Origin: Eledone cirrhosa
Lineage: Eukaryota
Direction: 5' to 3'
Length of the DNA: 64,000 nt
NCBI GenBank assembly: GCA_964016885.1
Contig: OZ024743.1
Location: 99,386,001 to 99,450,000, forward strand
The notes under the pieces were generated by a model. The model saw nothing but the letters and a program-made list of their open reading frames with translations. It did not search any database and was not told the origin of the DNA. Position numbers and translations under genes: made by a program. The first letter of the stretch is position 1. Each line of letters starts with the position of its first letter. Of this stretch, positions 1-12,499 are shown piece after piece.

Positions 1-875
1 TTGCATGTAAGCTAAGATAGAAACAAAAAGCAGATGAAGATGGGGTAGAAGAGAAAGGAAGAGAGAGGTAAGACAAACTTTAGAGACATAGAGAGAAACA
101 TTATCAAAAGAGATATATAAGGGTGGAGAAGGTAAAGGAGAAAGAGGAAAGTAAAAATGGAAGAAGGAAGAAATGAAGAAGAGATGGTAATTAATTCTAT
201 CTATTCTTAGTATGAATTCTCTAAAGTTAAGTGGGAATATATTCATAAGGAAGAGAATAAAAAACTGAATTTAAACGAAGGAAAAAGAAAATTGAACACA
301 GAATGGGGGAGTGTGAAGAGGGAGTATAAGATATTAGAGGAAAACTATATGAATGTTTTGAGTGAAAGCAGAGAGAGAGAGGAACTTGTTTAACAGGGAG
401 ATAGCATAAAATCTAATATAGATGAGTTATGTGTAAATAGGAAGAGAGGAAGAGGTGGGGTATTAATGAAAAAAGAACAGGATTAAAATGCACCAAAGCC
501 TGGTGGATAAACAATTTAATAAACACAGAATTAGAAAATTAGGTAATTAAGGTGAAAATGAGAAAGATCTCAATATAACCAAATAAAATAGTAAAATAAA
601 GGAAAAATAAAGATAAAAATAAATAAATGATAAATGAAATAAAATAAAATATTCTCACATTGGCAATTTGGGGGCTAGGGAAAGTAGATTATATCGAACC
701 CAGTACTTAACCAGGATGAATGAAAGCAAAGTTGAAAAAATATAATAATGGTTTCTATATCTTGCTCATATGTTTCTATGAATGGATGCCCTTCCAAACA
801 CTTTACTGAATTGAGTGATTGTATTTTATCATGACATCAGCACTACTGTTCACTTCTTCTTATGGGATTCTAATA

Positions 876-3800
876 GGATCCACTTCATACCACATTGTGA
901 CAGCTGGTGACTCTAGGATCCAGTCTATAACACATTGTGACAGCCGGTGACTCTAGGGTACAGTCTATAACACATTGTGACAGCTGGTGACTCTAGGATC
1001 CAGTCTATAACACATTGTGACAGCTGGTGACTCTAGGATCCAGTCCTTAACACATTGTGACAGCCGGTGACTCTAGGATACAGTCTATAACACATTGTGA
1101 CAGCCGGTGACTCTAGGATACAGTCTATAACACATTGTGACAGCTGGTGACTCTAGGATACAGTCTATAACACATTGTGACAGCTGGTGACTCTAGGATC
1201 CAGTCTATAACACATTGTGACAGCTGGTGACTCTAGGATACAGTCTATAACACATTGTGACAGCCGGTGACTCTAGGATCCAGTCTATAACACATTGTGA
1301 CAGCCGGTGACTCTAGGATCCAGTCCATACCACATTGTGACAGCCGGTGACTCTAGGATCCAGTCTATAACACATTGTGACAGCCGGTGACTCTAGGATA
1401 CAGTCTATAACACATTGTGACAGCCGGTGACTCTAGGATCCAGTCCATACCACATTGTGACAGCCGGTGACTCTAGGATACAGTCTATAACACATTGTGA
1501 CAGCCGGTGACTCTAGGATCCAGTCTATAACACATTGTGACAGCTGGTGACACTAGGATACAGTCTATAACACATTGTGACAGCCGGTGACTCTAGGATA
1601 CAGTCTATAACACATTGTGACAGCCGGTGACTCTAGGATACAGTCTATAACACATTGTGACAGCCGGTGACTCTAGGATCCAGTCTATAACACATTGTGA
1701 CAGCCGGTAACTCTAGGATACAGTCTATAACACATTGTGACAGCCGGTGACTCTAGGATCCAGTCTATAACACATTGTGACAGCCGGTAACTCTAGGATA
1801 CAGTCTATAACACATTGTGACAGCCGGTGACTCTAGGATCCAGTCCATACCACATTGTGACAGCCGGTGACTCTAGGATACAGTCTATAACACATTGTGA
1901 CAGCCGGTGACTCTAGGATACAGTCTATAACACATTGTGACAGCTGGTGACTCTAGGATCCAGTCTATAACACATTGTGACAGCCGGTGACTCTAGGATA
2001 CAGTCTATAACACATTGTGACAGCCGGTGACTCTAGGATCCAGTCTATAACACATTGTGACAGCCGGTGACTCTAGGATCCAGTCTATAACACATTGTGA
2101 CAGCCGGTAACTCTAGGATACAGTCTATAACACATTGTGACAGCCGGTGACTCTAGGATCCAGTCCATACCACATTGTGACAGCCGGTGACTCTAGGATA
2201 CAGTCTATAACACATTGTGACAGCCGGTGACTCTAGGATACAATCTATAACACATTTTGACAGCTGGTGACTCTAGGATCCAGTCTATAACACATTGTGA
2301 CAGCCGGTGACTCTAGGATACAGTCTATAACACATTGTGACAGCCGGTGACTCTAGGATCCAGTCCATACCACATTGTGACAGCCGGTGACTCTAGGATA
2401 CAGTCTATAACACATTGTGACAGCCGGTGACTCTAGGATCCAGTCTATAACACATTGTGACAGCCGGTGACTCTAGGATCCAGTCTATAACACATTGTGA
2501 CAGCCGGTGACTCTAGGATCCAGTCTATAACACATTGTGACAGCCGGTAACTCTAGGATACAGTCTATAACACATTGTGACAGCCGGTGACTCTAGGATC
2601 CAGTCTATAACACATTGTGACAGCCGGTGACTCTAGGATACAGTCTATAACACATTGTGACAGCCGGTGACTCTAGGATCCAGTCCATACCACATTGTGA
2701 CAGCCGGTGACTCTAGGATACAGTCTATAACACATTGTGACAGCCGGTGACTCTAGGATACAGTCTATAACACATTGTGACAGCTGGTGACTCTAGGATC
2801 CAGTCTATAACACATTGTGACAGCCGGTGACTCTAGGATCCAGTCTATAACACATTGTGACAGCCGGTGACTCTAGGATACAGTCTATAACACATTGTGA
2901 CAGCCGGTGACTCTAGGATCCAGTCCATACCACATTGTGACAGCCGGTGACTCTAGGATACAGTCTATAACACATTGTGACAGCCGGTGACTCTAGGATC
3001 CAGTCTATAACACATTGTGACAGCCGGCGACTCTAGGATCCAGTCTATAACACATTGTGACAGCCGGTGACTCTAGGATCCAGTCTATAACACATTGTGA
3101 CAGCCGGTAACTCTAGGATACAGTCTATAACACATTGTGACAGCCGGTGACTCTAGGATCCAGTCTATAACACATTGTGACAGCCGGTGACTCTAGGATA
3201 CAGTCTATAACACATTGTGACAGCCGGTGACTCTAGGATCCAGTCCATACCACATTGTGACAGCCGGTGACTCTAGGATACAGTCTATAACACATTGTGA
3301 CAGCCGGTGACTCTAGGATACAGTCTATAACACATTGTGACAGCTGGTGACTCTAGGATCCAGTCTATAACACATTGTGACAACCGGTGACTCTAGGATC
3401 CAGTCCATACCACATTGTGACAGCCGGTGACTCTAGGATACAGTCTATAACACATTGTGACAGCTGGTGACTCTAGGATCCAGTCTATAACACATTGTGA
3501 CAGCTGGTGACTCTAGGATCCAGTCCTTAACACATTGTGACAGCCGGTGACTCTAGGATCCAGTCTATAACACATTGTGACAGCTGGGGACTCTAGGATC
3601 CAGTCTATACCACATTGTGACAGCTGGTGACTCTAGGATCCAGTCCTTAACACATTGTGACAGCCGGTGACTCTAGGATACAGTCTATAACACATTGTGA
3701 CAGCCGGTGACTCTAGGATACAGTCTATAACACATTGTGACAGCCGGTGACTCTAGGATACAGTCTATAACACATTGTGACAGCCGGTGACTCTAGGATA

Positions 3801-5190
3801 CAGTCTATAACACATTGTGACAGCCGGTGACTCTAGGATACAGTCTATAACACATTGTGACAGCCGGTGACTCTAGGATACAGTCTATACCACATTGTGA
3901 CAGCCGGTGACTCTAGGATACAGTCTATAACACATTGTGACAGCCGGTGACTCTAGGATCCATCCATACCACATTGTGACAGCCGGTGACTCTAGGATAC
4001 AGTCTATAACACATTGTGACAGCCGGTGACTCTAGGATCCAGTCTATAACACATTGTGACAGCCGGTGACTCTAGGATACAGTCTATAACACATTGTGAC
4101 AGCCGGTGACTCTAGGATACAGTCTATGACACATTGTGACAGCCGGTAACTCTAGGATACAGTCTATAACACATTGTGACAGCCGGTGACTCTAGGATCC
4201 AGTCTATAACACATTGTGACAGCCGGTGACTCTAGGATACAGTCTATAACACATTGTGACAGCCGGTGACTCTAGGATACAGTCTATAACACATTGTGAC
4301 AGCCGGTGACTCTAGGATACAGTCTATAACACATTGTGACAGCCGGTGACTCTAGGATACAGTCTATAACACATTGTGACAGCCGGTGACTCTAGGATAC
4401 AGTCTATACCACATTGTGACAGCCGGTGACTCTAGGATACAGTCTATAACACATTGTGACAGCCGGTGACTCTAGGATACAGTCTATACCACATTGTGAC
4501 AGCCGGTGACTCTAGGATACAGTCTATACCACATTGTGATAGCCGGTGACTCTAGGATCCAGTCTATAACACATTGTGACAGCTGGTGACTCTAGGATCC
4601 AGTCCTTAACACATTGTGACAGCCGGTGACTCTAGGATCCAGTCTATAACACATTGTGACAGCTGGGGACTCTAGGATCCAGTCTATACCACATTGTGAC
4701 AGCTGGTGACTCTAGGATCCAGTCCTTAACACATTGTGACAGCCGGTGACTCTAGGATACAGTCTATAACACATTGTGACAGCCGGTGACTCTAGGATCC
4801 AGTCTATAACACATTGTGACAGCCGGTGACTCTAGGATACAGTCTATAACACATTGTGACAGCCGGTGACTCTAGGATACAGTCTATAACACATTGTGAC
4901 AGCTGGTGACTCTAGGATCCAGTCCTTAACACATTGTGACAGCCGGTGACTCTAGGATACAGTCTATAACACATTGTGACAGCCGGTGACTCTAGGATCC
5001 AGTCTATACCACATTGTGACAGCTGGTGACTCTAGGATCCAGTCCTTAACACATTGTGACAGCCGGTGACTCTAGGATCCAGTCTATAACACATTGTGAT
5101 AGCTGGGGACTCTAGGATCCAGTCTATAACACATTGTGACAGCTGGTGACTCTAGGATCCAGTCCTTAACACATTGCGATAGCCGGTGAC
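876..5190. repeat. 40-bp minisatellite array (~108 copies), consensus CACATTGTGACAGCCGGTGACTCTAGGAT(A/C)CAGTCTATAA
   Basis: Direct 40-nt periodicity with no unique spacers. A single 1-nt deletion near 3963 shifts the register. Confidence 0.98.
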
Positions 5191-5548
5191 GTGTGAGTAT
5201 CCCCACTCTCACCTGTGCAGTCATTTCTGGTGCCTCACCTGAATAGTGGAATTTCTATCTCCAACCAAATCTACATTGTTGAGGACTAGACCTAGCAGGT
5301 AGCACCTAACTTCCTCCACTAGTTCTTGCTCCTTAACATTAAGGGTTGTGATGTTCTAGGTTCCAGTGGTTATGGTTTACTCCCTTCTCTACCCTTTATG
5401 GGGTCTCAGGATATACAATCTTTCTGCACCCATCCTACGCCTTCCAGCCTAAGTCTCAGGCCCATTGCCAGTTTTTACAGCATGAAATGGAGACTGCATT
5501 ATATTTTTCAAACAGGTCCTTCTCCCTAAGGCCTGAATGTATCCCTTC

Positions 5549-5808
5549 TTAACCCTTTCCTTACCATATTTCTAGTGAAATGCACACAGTCAATGGTTTT
5601 AAAATAATCTTAAAAATAACCAAAAAATTAAATTTAGTAATATAACTAACTTTTTCATTATTTATTTGGTGTTTGGAAGGTACCTTAAGCAAGGTTCTTT
5701 TATAAAATTATGATGCCAGAGTTTTAGAAAAATATAAAGACTTTAAAATAAATAGTTTTGTATCATAGACAAGGGCTGGTTTCAAGCAGTTTGGTATAAA
5801 AGAGCTAA
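5549..5808. mobile_element. Degenerate TTAA-flanked MITE (piggyBac-like)
   Basis: Starts TTAACCCTTT and ends in a degenerate ...AAAAGAGCTAA. Internally similar to 6243-6497. Confidence 0.55.
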
Positions 5809-6242
5809 ATGAGGTTCGATTAGAAAGGCAAAATCTAAATCAGAATCCTTTCACAACAAACTTACTGCATGGCAGCAATATTTTGACAGGTATAGACTGC
5901 AGTAAAATTCTAATTTCCTGCATTATTTACTGTAAAGAAAGAGACAAAACAAAAATAAAACAAAGTCCATCCACCTGTCATACCGAAATATAAACCATAT
6001 CTAATAAAGTCTGAATCTACATGTGTGCTGCCATTTATATCTTCCATGTGTGTCTTCATTTTAAATGATCATTCATATTGGCTGACTGGAAATTAATTGG
6101 ATAGCGAATGGGTGAAATATTTTCCATCCCTGGAGATTCTTCCAAGAATCATTTCGCAGAGGATATTGAGAATATTTTCTATATTCATTTATTTAGAAGC
6201 TGCATTGGCAGTAGTATCAGCATTAACAATAAGTCTTAGATC

Positions 6243-6497
6243 TTAACCCTTTCAATCCCATATTTTTTATGGAATACACTGCTAATGATTTTACAAATAT
6301 CTTGAAGATAATATGGTGGGATTTAATAATATAATTAAATTTCTCATTATTTATCTGATATTGGTAACATAACTTAACAAAGGTTCTTAACATAAAAACA
6401 TGATGGAAAGATTTTAGATAAATATAAACATTTAAAACAAAGTTTTGTATTGTAAAACCCTGGCCAGTTTCAAGTGTTTTGGTATAAAAAGGGTTAA
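6243..6497. mobile_element. TTAA-flanked MITE with CCCTTT/AAAGGG termini (piggyBac-like)
   Basis: TTAA-CCCTTT ... AAAGGG-TTAA, ~250 bp, non-coding. Related copies near 5549, 11457, 45396 and 47437. Confidence 0.7.
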
Positions 6498-6527
6498 GTA
6501 AATATATAAAATAAAGATTTTACTCAC

Positions 6528-6641
6528 CAGTAAGTTTTGTATGAATAATTCTTGGACATACATCATCGTAAGTTGACATCAGGTAAATAGTTCCAACTTT
6601 GAAGGACAGAGCTAATGTGTAGGATTTATTAATATTGATAT
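6528..6641 (-). CDS. TULP4: TULP4 (Tubby-related protein 4) internal coding exon, WD40 region
   Basis: tttcAG acceptor and GTGAGT donor, 114 nt, phase 1-1. Translates (N)ININKSYTLALSFKVGTIYLMSTYDDVCPRIIHTKLT, resembling vertebrate TULP4 LLTVSFTSGDISLMNNYDDLSPTVIRSGL as recalled. In frame with the 25527-25698 exon. Confidence 0.85.
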
Positions 6642-7384
6642 CTGAAATTAAAACAATGAAGTACAGTCAGTATTTTATAATATAGCAGTTAAGAAAATAT
6701 TGATTACACAAGCCAACACATATTTTGGTGCAAGCACTATTTGAGCTGTTTTTTTTAGTAATTTTGTGGTTGCTGAATCTGAAAATAACATCCATTTGTC
6801 TTGGTTAGCTCTCATTTTCCCTGTACTGAATATGTTTATTTTTCCTAAAATCAGAGATTTTGCCTTCTTGTGACTCATTATAGTCTGATATTGGGTACAT
6901 GGAAGTCGCTAAAATTTGGTATACCAATGATTTAGAGAGAGCCTCACATGTAGATGACTTATATTTGAGTTGTTAATTTGGTTGGTGTGAATAGAAAGAA
7001 ATCTTCAAATAATTATTTGAAGATAGAGGATCTGTAAGATGTTTTTTGTTTTGTTTTTTGTGATGAGACAAAATTTAGTTAAGAATTACAAGCAGAGAAA
7101 TATTGGTAGATGCTTTTCTCTTTATACATTTTAGTAATATATGCATAAAAGAAATTTAAAAGGTACCAAGTGTTTTCACCAGCCATCCTAACTGTAATAT
7201 GTAACATTACTAAAGTGAAAACATAACTCAATGACACTGCAGGTGTCAACATAGATATTGCAGTACAAACACTCCACAAAATAACTGTAAAAGTCCGGAG
7301 AATATGTTGCACAATGTCCCATACAAATTCAGTTTTATCCACCAAACTGAAATATCGATTAAATGGAATACATGATGGGTTTTC

Positions 7385-7690
7385 CATCAGTTTCGATGAT
7401 GAGTATTCAGTTGTTCAATCAACTGAGTAACCGACTCCTGAATTAGCAAGTGTACCCTTGACTTAATTCTTAGGCAGAATCAGCATGACAACTCCTGAAA
7501 AAGCTGTACCTTTGATTTAGAGGTGCAAGCCATCTGATGAGCTTCCATAAAGTTTATGTTTACAATATTTCTCTCACAAGCCTTAGGGTCATCCCAGGGC
7601 TATTGGCCAAATTATTATGTAGTGGAATTGAAGCAGGGACCTCATGATTGTGAAGTGAACTTCTTAACTATTCAGCCATATGTGAGCAGG
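7385..7690 (-). mobile_element. Degenerate tRNA-derived SINE (same family as 16805-17130)
   Basis: Reverse-complement similarity to 16805-17130 and 11940-12245, with a tRNA-like head ATGGCTGAATAGTTAAG on the minus strand. Confidence 0.55.
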
Positions 7691-7804
7691 AAACATACAC
7701 CAATATCATATTCAGAAGAAATAATCTCAGTATCAAGGAATTCCACAAAACAAATAGATAATAAATAAATAAAATAACTAAGAAAATAAACCAAATAAAA
7801 GGAG

Positions 7805-8196
7805 AAAAATATAAAGTACAAAGTAAGCAGTGTTCTACAAAGACAAACATATAAAGTACAAAGTAAGCAGTGTTCTACAGAGAAGACAAAAATATAAAGT
7901 ACAAAGTAAGCAGTGTTCTACAGAGAAGACAGAAATATAAAGTACAAAGTAAGCAGTGTTCTACAGAGAAGACAGAAATTTAAAGTACAAAGTAAGCAGT
8001 GTTCTACAGAGAAGACAGAAATATAAAGTACAAAGTAAGCAGTGTTCTACAGAGAAGACAAAAATATAAAGTACAAAGTAAGCAGTGTTCTACAGAGAAG
8101 ACAGAAATTTAAAGTACAAAGTAAGCAGTGTTCTACAGAGAAGACAGAAATTTAAAGTACAATGTAAGCAGTGTTTTACAGAGAAGACAAAAATAC
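7805..8196. repeat. 43-bp tandem repeat, ~9 copies
   Basis: Unit AAATATAAAGTACAAAGTAAGCAGTGTTCTACAGAGAAGACAG. Confidence 0.95.
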
Positions 8197-10189
8197 ACAA
8201 AATTTCCCAGAACACCTAATAATTTACATAAAACATATACAAGATATTTTTTTAATTCTTCTACTGCATGTGGTCCTGCAGGGGCATTGTCTTCTATGAT
8301 AGGTGATTATATTGACCTTAGTACTTTGTCTGGTAGTCACTTTATTTACCTGAGGAGAATGGGGATCAGAGTAAGCTTGGATGTAAAAGAACGTAACCAA
8401 ATACCACAAGGTATTTTAGTTTAATGTTGTTATTGATTTTACCATCTCCTGCCCGCCACTTGGAAGGGCATCCAGGTGTAGAAACCAAGGCAAAATCGGT
8501 TTTGTATGAGCAAGACATGGTTACCTGACCTGGCATTGTTCATAACAGGATAACTTATCTGACCCATGCCAGTGTGGAAAAATGGACGTTAAACAGAGAT
8601 GATGACGACGATATATATTGCTCAGCCAAAGTATGGTTATAAACCCATTAAAATGCAAGGATTTACTGAAAGGGAAAAGGACAAGACAGAGAGAACATTT
8701 TTCAAATAGAGAGAAGATGATTGATGCTGCTTTTGAATTTTGCAGATTGTAGTCGTCGGGGAAGCAAGAAACCAGAAGACAATAGGTCAGATGTGTGAGG
8801 GAAGAAACTACCAGAATAGAATTTGTGATAGCATTTAGGAATTTCAACTGTAAATGGATGAAACCTAACTGCTAATCAGGTGTTCCATTTAAACGTGCAG
8901 ACAAGATAACAAAGAGGAAAGCTCATTCATCCCATGAAAATATTTATAAAAAAAGGCAAAGTAAGGCAACATCCCAATGGTGAATATGAATTTTGAATAT
9001 TAAGTTAATAACTTCAACACATGTTTTTTATCTATGAAAAATAATCTAATAAGCTGGGCACATCAGCCACTGGAAATGGAAAAGGTATGGACAACATCCT
9101 CCATGGAACTTAAACTCACATCTACTGTATACCATGTGGATGTACAGCCATTACACCAAAGTGAAACTGACCAGTCTTTTCTTTTTTAAGTTTTATCAAT
9201 AAACCGGAAATGTAATAAAAATTACTTTAGAAGTGCCCCCCCAACTTATTAGATTAGTTCTCATAGTTAAAAAGGCCTATGTAAAGCTTCTGCCTACAAA
9301 ATTTTGCTCACAAAGCTTGGAAAACCCATAGCTATGGTAGGATGTTATACAGTGAGATCAAATGTGAAATTAGAAAGATGTGAGACAAACTACTTAACCA
9401 CATGAAAGCAAAATGACACACCAACACTGAAAATATTCACACACATTAGGCCAAACAATATTGGTATAGAGAAGCCATAATAGATGCATCATTACTGCAC
9501 ACCTTACCCTCTTCATACAATACACTTCAAAGAATATAAATAGTGCTTTTCACATCATCACAGGCTGCACACAGACCCCACTTGCTGACTATGCTAAAGG
9601 AAAGACCATCTGGATATGCAAAATACAGTTTATTACACACCAAACTACAGGCCACATACAAGGTGGTTCCTGTGAATGTATTACTTTGTTTTCTCTAATA
9701 TCTCTTGTAAGTGTATTGTGAATGTTGTAACTCATTGTACTTTTATGATATTGTACTAAGTATATAAGTGTGATCAAATTGTTAAGAGATTTGTTTCATA
9801 ACAATGAGGTTCTGGGCTGGAGCCACTAGATGGCATCTCAGGCAGGTGTCTTGCTTTATAGCTTGTGAGTGAAATTATTTGGAAGTCTGTAATTCAAAAG
9901 ACCAGTTTCATCATAATGTGGCATGCCAAATCTCACTAAAAATTATATTAAGGGTACACTTATTTGTGGAATATTTGTTGACTGAAAAACTGGAACATCC
10001 ACTGGTAAAATTTATTATTAAAGTACAGTCATTACATTCTAGATTCATCTTTGCCTCTCATCTTTCCAGGGTTGATAAAATCCAGTACCAGTTGATTGCT
10101 AGAGTCAATTTAATAGACTTTCTCCTTCCCACAAATTGCAGGCCTTGAGACTAGATTAAAGATCCTTATTAAATATAACCATAGAGCAG

Positions 10190-10400
10190 TGGATTGGCAG
10201 TATTAGCAGAGCTTTGGATAACATGCTTTATGGCATAGGGTTACCTCTCTTTACATTCTGAGTTCAAATCCTGTCGAGGTTAGCTTTGCCTTTCATCCTC
10301 ATGGGGTCAATAAAATAAAATACCAGTAATGCACTGGGGTCGATTTAATTGACTTTCCCCTCCCCCAAAATTGTTGGCCTTGTGTCTAAATCAGAAACTA
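10190..10400 (+). mobile_element. tRNA-derived SINE, family A
   Basis: A box TGGCAGTATTAG, B box GAGTTCAAATCC, core TTTGCCTTTCATCC...GGGGTCAATAAAATAAAATACCAG. Confidence 0.8.
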
Positions 10401-11149
10401 TTAAGTATAGTCATATTAATTATAATCTGTAATGTTCACAAATATATAAAAGTATAAAACCCTGTTAAAATACTTTTGTTATGGAAATGGTAAGCATCAC
10501 TTATGTTTTAACAATTAAACCTAGGAATTACCATCGAGAATACAGTATTGTTAAGGTAAGTTTAATATAGTTAGATTGTGTGATTTAAGAGGTCAGAAAA
10601 GAAAACACTTATACACAAATTTATTTAACTAATTAATCGTTTTATTTTTGGTTTGTTTTTTAGACTAAATCCTTACAATCTAAATTAACTGTTTTTTTTT
10701 TTTGTGGGGGGGGGGGGGGGGGTAAAGTTATGAAGGAAACTGAAGAAAAAATGGAAACATATTGTTAGATAATATACAATGATCCCATTGAGATCCCATT
10801 GAGATCCCATTGAGATCCTCAGTCCCTGGACTGCCATGTTGTTTGACCAAAACAAGGGAATCATGCCTGACCTGCATGGTAGAATAGCTGATGGAATGGG
10901 TACTACTACTGGCTGTTCTTTATGGCAATGTTTTCACCATCTTGTCCACACCTGAGATATACCACCCAGCCTAGTCCACATAGTACAGCTGAGATATACC
11001 ACCCAGCCTACGGCATAAAGTTCTCTCCCTCCCTATTTCTACCGAACACTTTTTACATTTTTCTTTTTTTCTTTTGTCATTCATGAATAAACATTTTCCT
11101 CTTTAATACCCAACCACCTAAAACCACCCCTAATTCTATAATAAAAACC

Positions 11150-11455
11150 TGTTTGTTTCATTGTGTTTTTCATGCTCAGAGTTGTTGAAGTATGGAACAA
11201 ACTACCTGCATCAGTTGTTAGCTGTCGGGACACTTCATCCTTCAAAACTTCCATGCTTCTCGAAATTCGCCAAGACTATACCTGATACTCCCCCTCCATA
11301 CACACGCATGCATGAATCTGTGTGTATATCATGACTTATACACTATTCACTTTCCTGACAATTGTAAATTATTTTATGTACTATACATGCAACTTTGATG
11401 AGTTGTAGTGCACCTGAGCACTGTATACAATAATTTTCATTATTATAATTATTAT
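11150..11455 (+). mobile_element. CR1-group LINE 3' fragment
   Basis: Encodes FFMLRVVEVWNKLPASVVSCRDTSSFK. 3' UTR matches the reverse complement of 16000-16300, with a (TTA)n-like tail. Confidence 0.75.
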
Positions 11456-11456
11456 T

Positions 11457-11647
11457 TAAAAACCCTTTCACCATAATTTTATGGAAGAAAACTGGTTAAG
11501 CTATTCTCCAAACACCGAACGCCAGCATAATAATGAAAAAGTAACTTAAATTACTAAATCCCTCCATCTAAGTCTCGATTCCTTTCAATATTGTTTGAAA
11601 ATCATAGGCAGCATTTTTCATTAAATATATAGTATTGAAAGGGTTAA
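11457..11647. mobile_element. CCCTTT/AAAGGG-TTAA MITE
   Basis: AACCCTTTCA ... TGAAAGGGTTAA termini; similar to 47437-47665. Confidence 0.55.
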
Positions 11648-11939
11648 TAAAACTTCATCACATATAAACAACCAAATAGGTAAAATATATAGAGATTGTT
11701 TAGTGATCAAATGATATCAGCACCATGTAAATAATCTATATTGAAAGAACACCAAGCACACCACAAAACTAATCGATGCATAACTCTAGCTCCATTAAGG
11801 TTAGCAGATGAGAAATGAGATTTGTCGGACCAAAAAACACACTGAACTGTTTACAATGTGTTTGAATTCAATACTTTGTTCACTCAACCATCTTTATCAT
11901 CTTTGTCATCAATATGTTAATAACCCATTTTGGATATTT

Positions 11940-12245
11940 ACATGGAATGGCTGAGTGGTTAAAAGGTTTGCTTTGCAATCACGAGGTCCCAGGTTCAATC
12001 CCACTGTGTAACATCTTGGGCAAGTGTCTTTACCATAGTCTTGAGTCAACCCAAACCTCGTTAGGGAAATTGGATAGACAAAAACTGAGAAGGCTGCCAG
12101 ATAGATTATATATGTAATTCCAAAGTCCAGCCTTATCACATATTATGTGCCATGTTGATTCAGCTTGAGAATTACTTTTAGTATACACGTGTCTGTGGAA
12201 TACTCAGTTGATTGAAAAACTGAATGCTCATTGTTGAAACTGACA
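11940..12245 (+). mobile_element. tRNA-derived SINE, family B
   Basis: TGGCTGAGTGG A box, GGTTCAATCCC B box, CTTGGGCAAGTG core. 3' part shared with 16805-17130. Confidence 0.7.
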
Positions 12246-12499
12246 GTGAATCCATCGTATTTACACACACATACGCACATACACACTCACAAACACACAC
12301 ACAAAGTAACCACATAATCAGCATCCTCATCATTTTTATGTCAACTTTCCATTCTGGCATGGGTTGGATGAGATTTTTTGAGGTAAGGTTTTACAGTGAG
12401 GTGCTTTCCTGACACAAACCCTTTTTTGACACCTCTTATGATACTCAGGATATGAAATACTTATTAAAAAAATTGGGATCACACAGTAGCGTATATATA

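Noticed and set aside
876-5190. CRISPR-like regular array
   Set aside because: Contiguous repeats without unique spacers, no cas genes, eukaryotic context.
11940-12010. tRNA gene-like A/B boxes (also 16805, 17580)
   Set aside because: No complete cloverleaf; they are heads of multi-copy SINEs.
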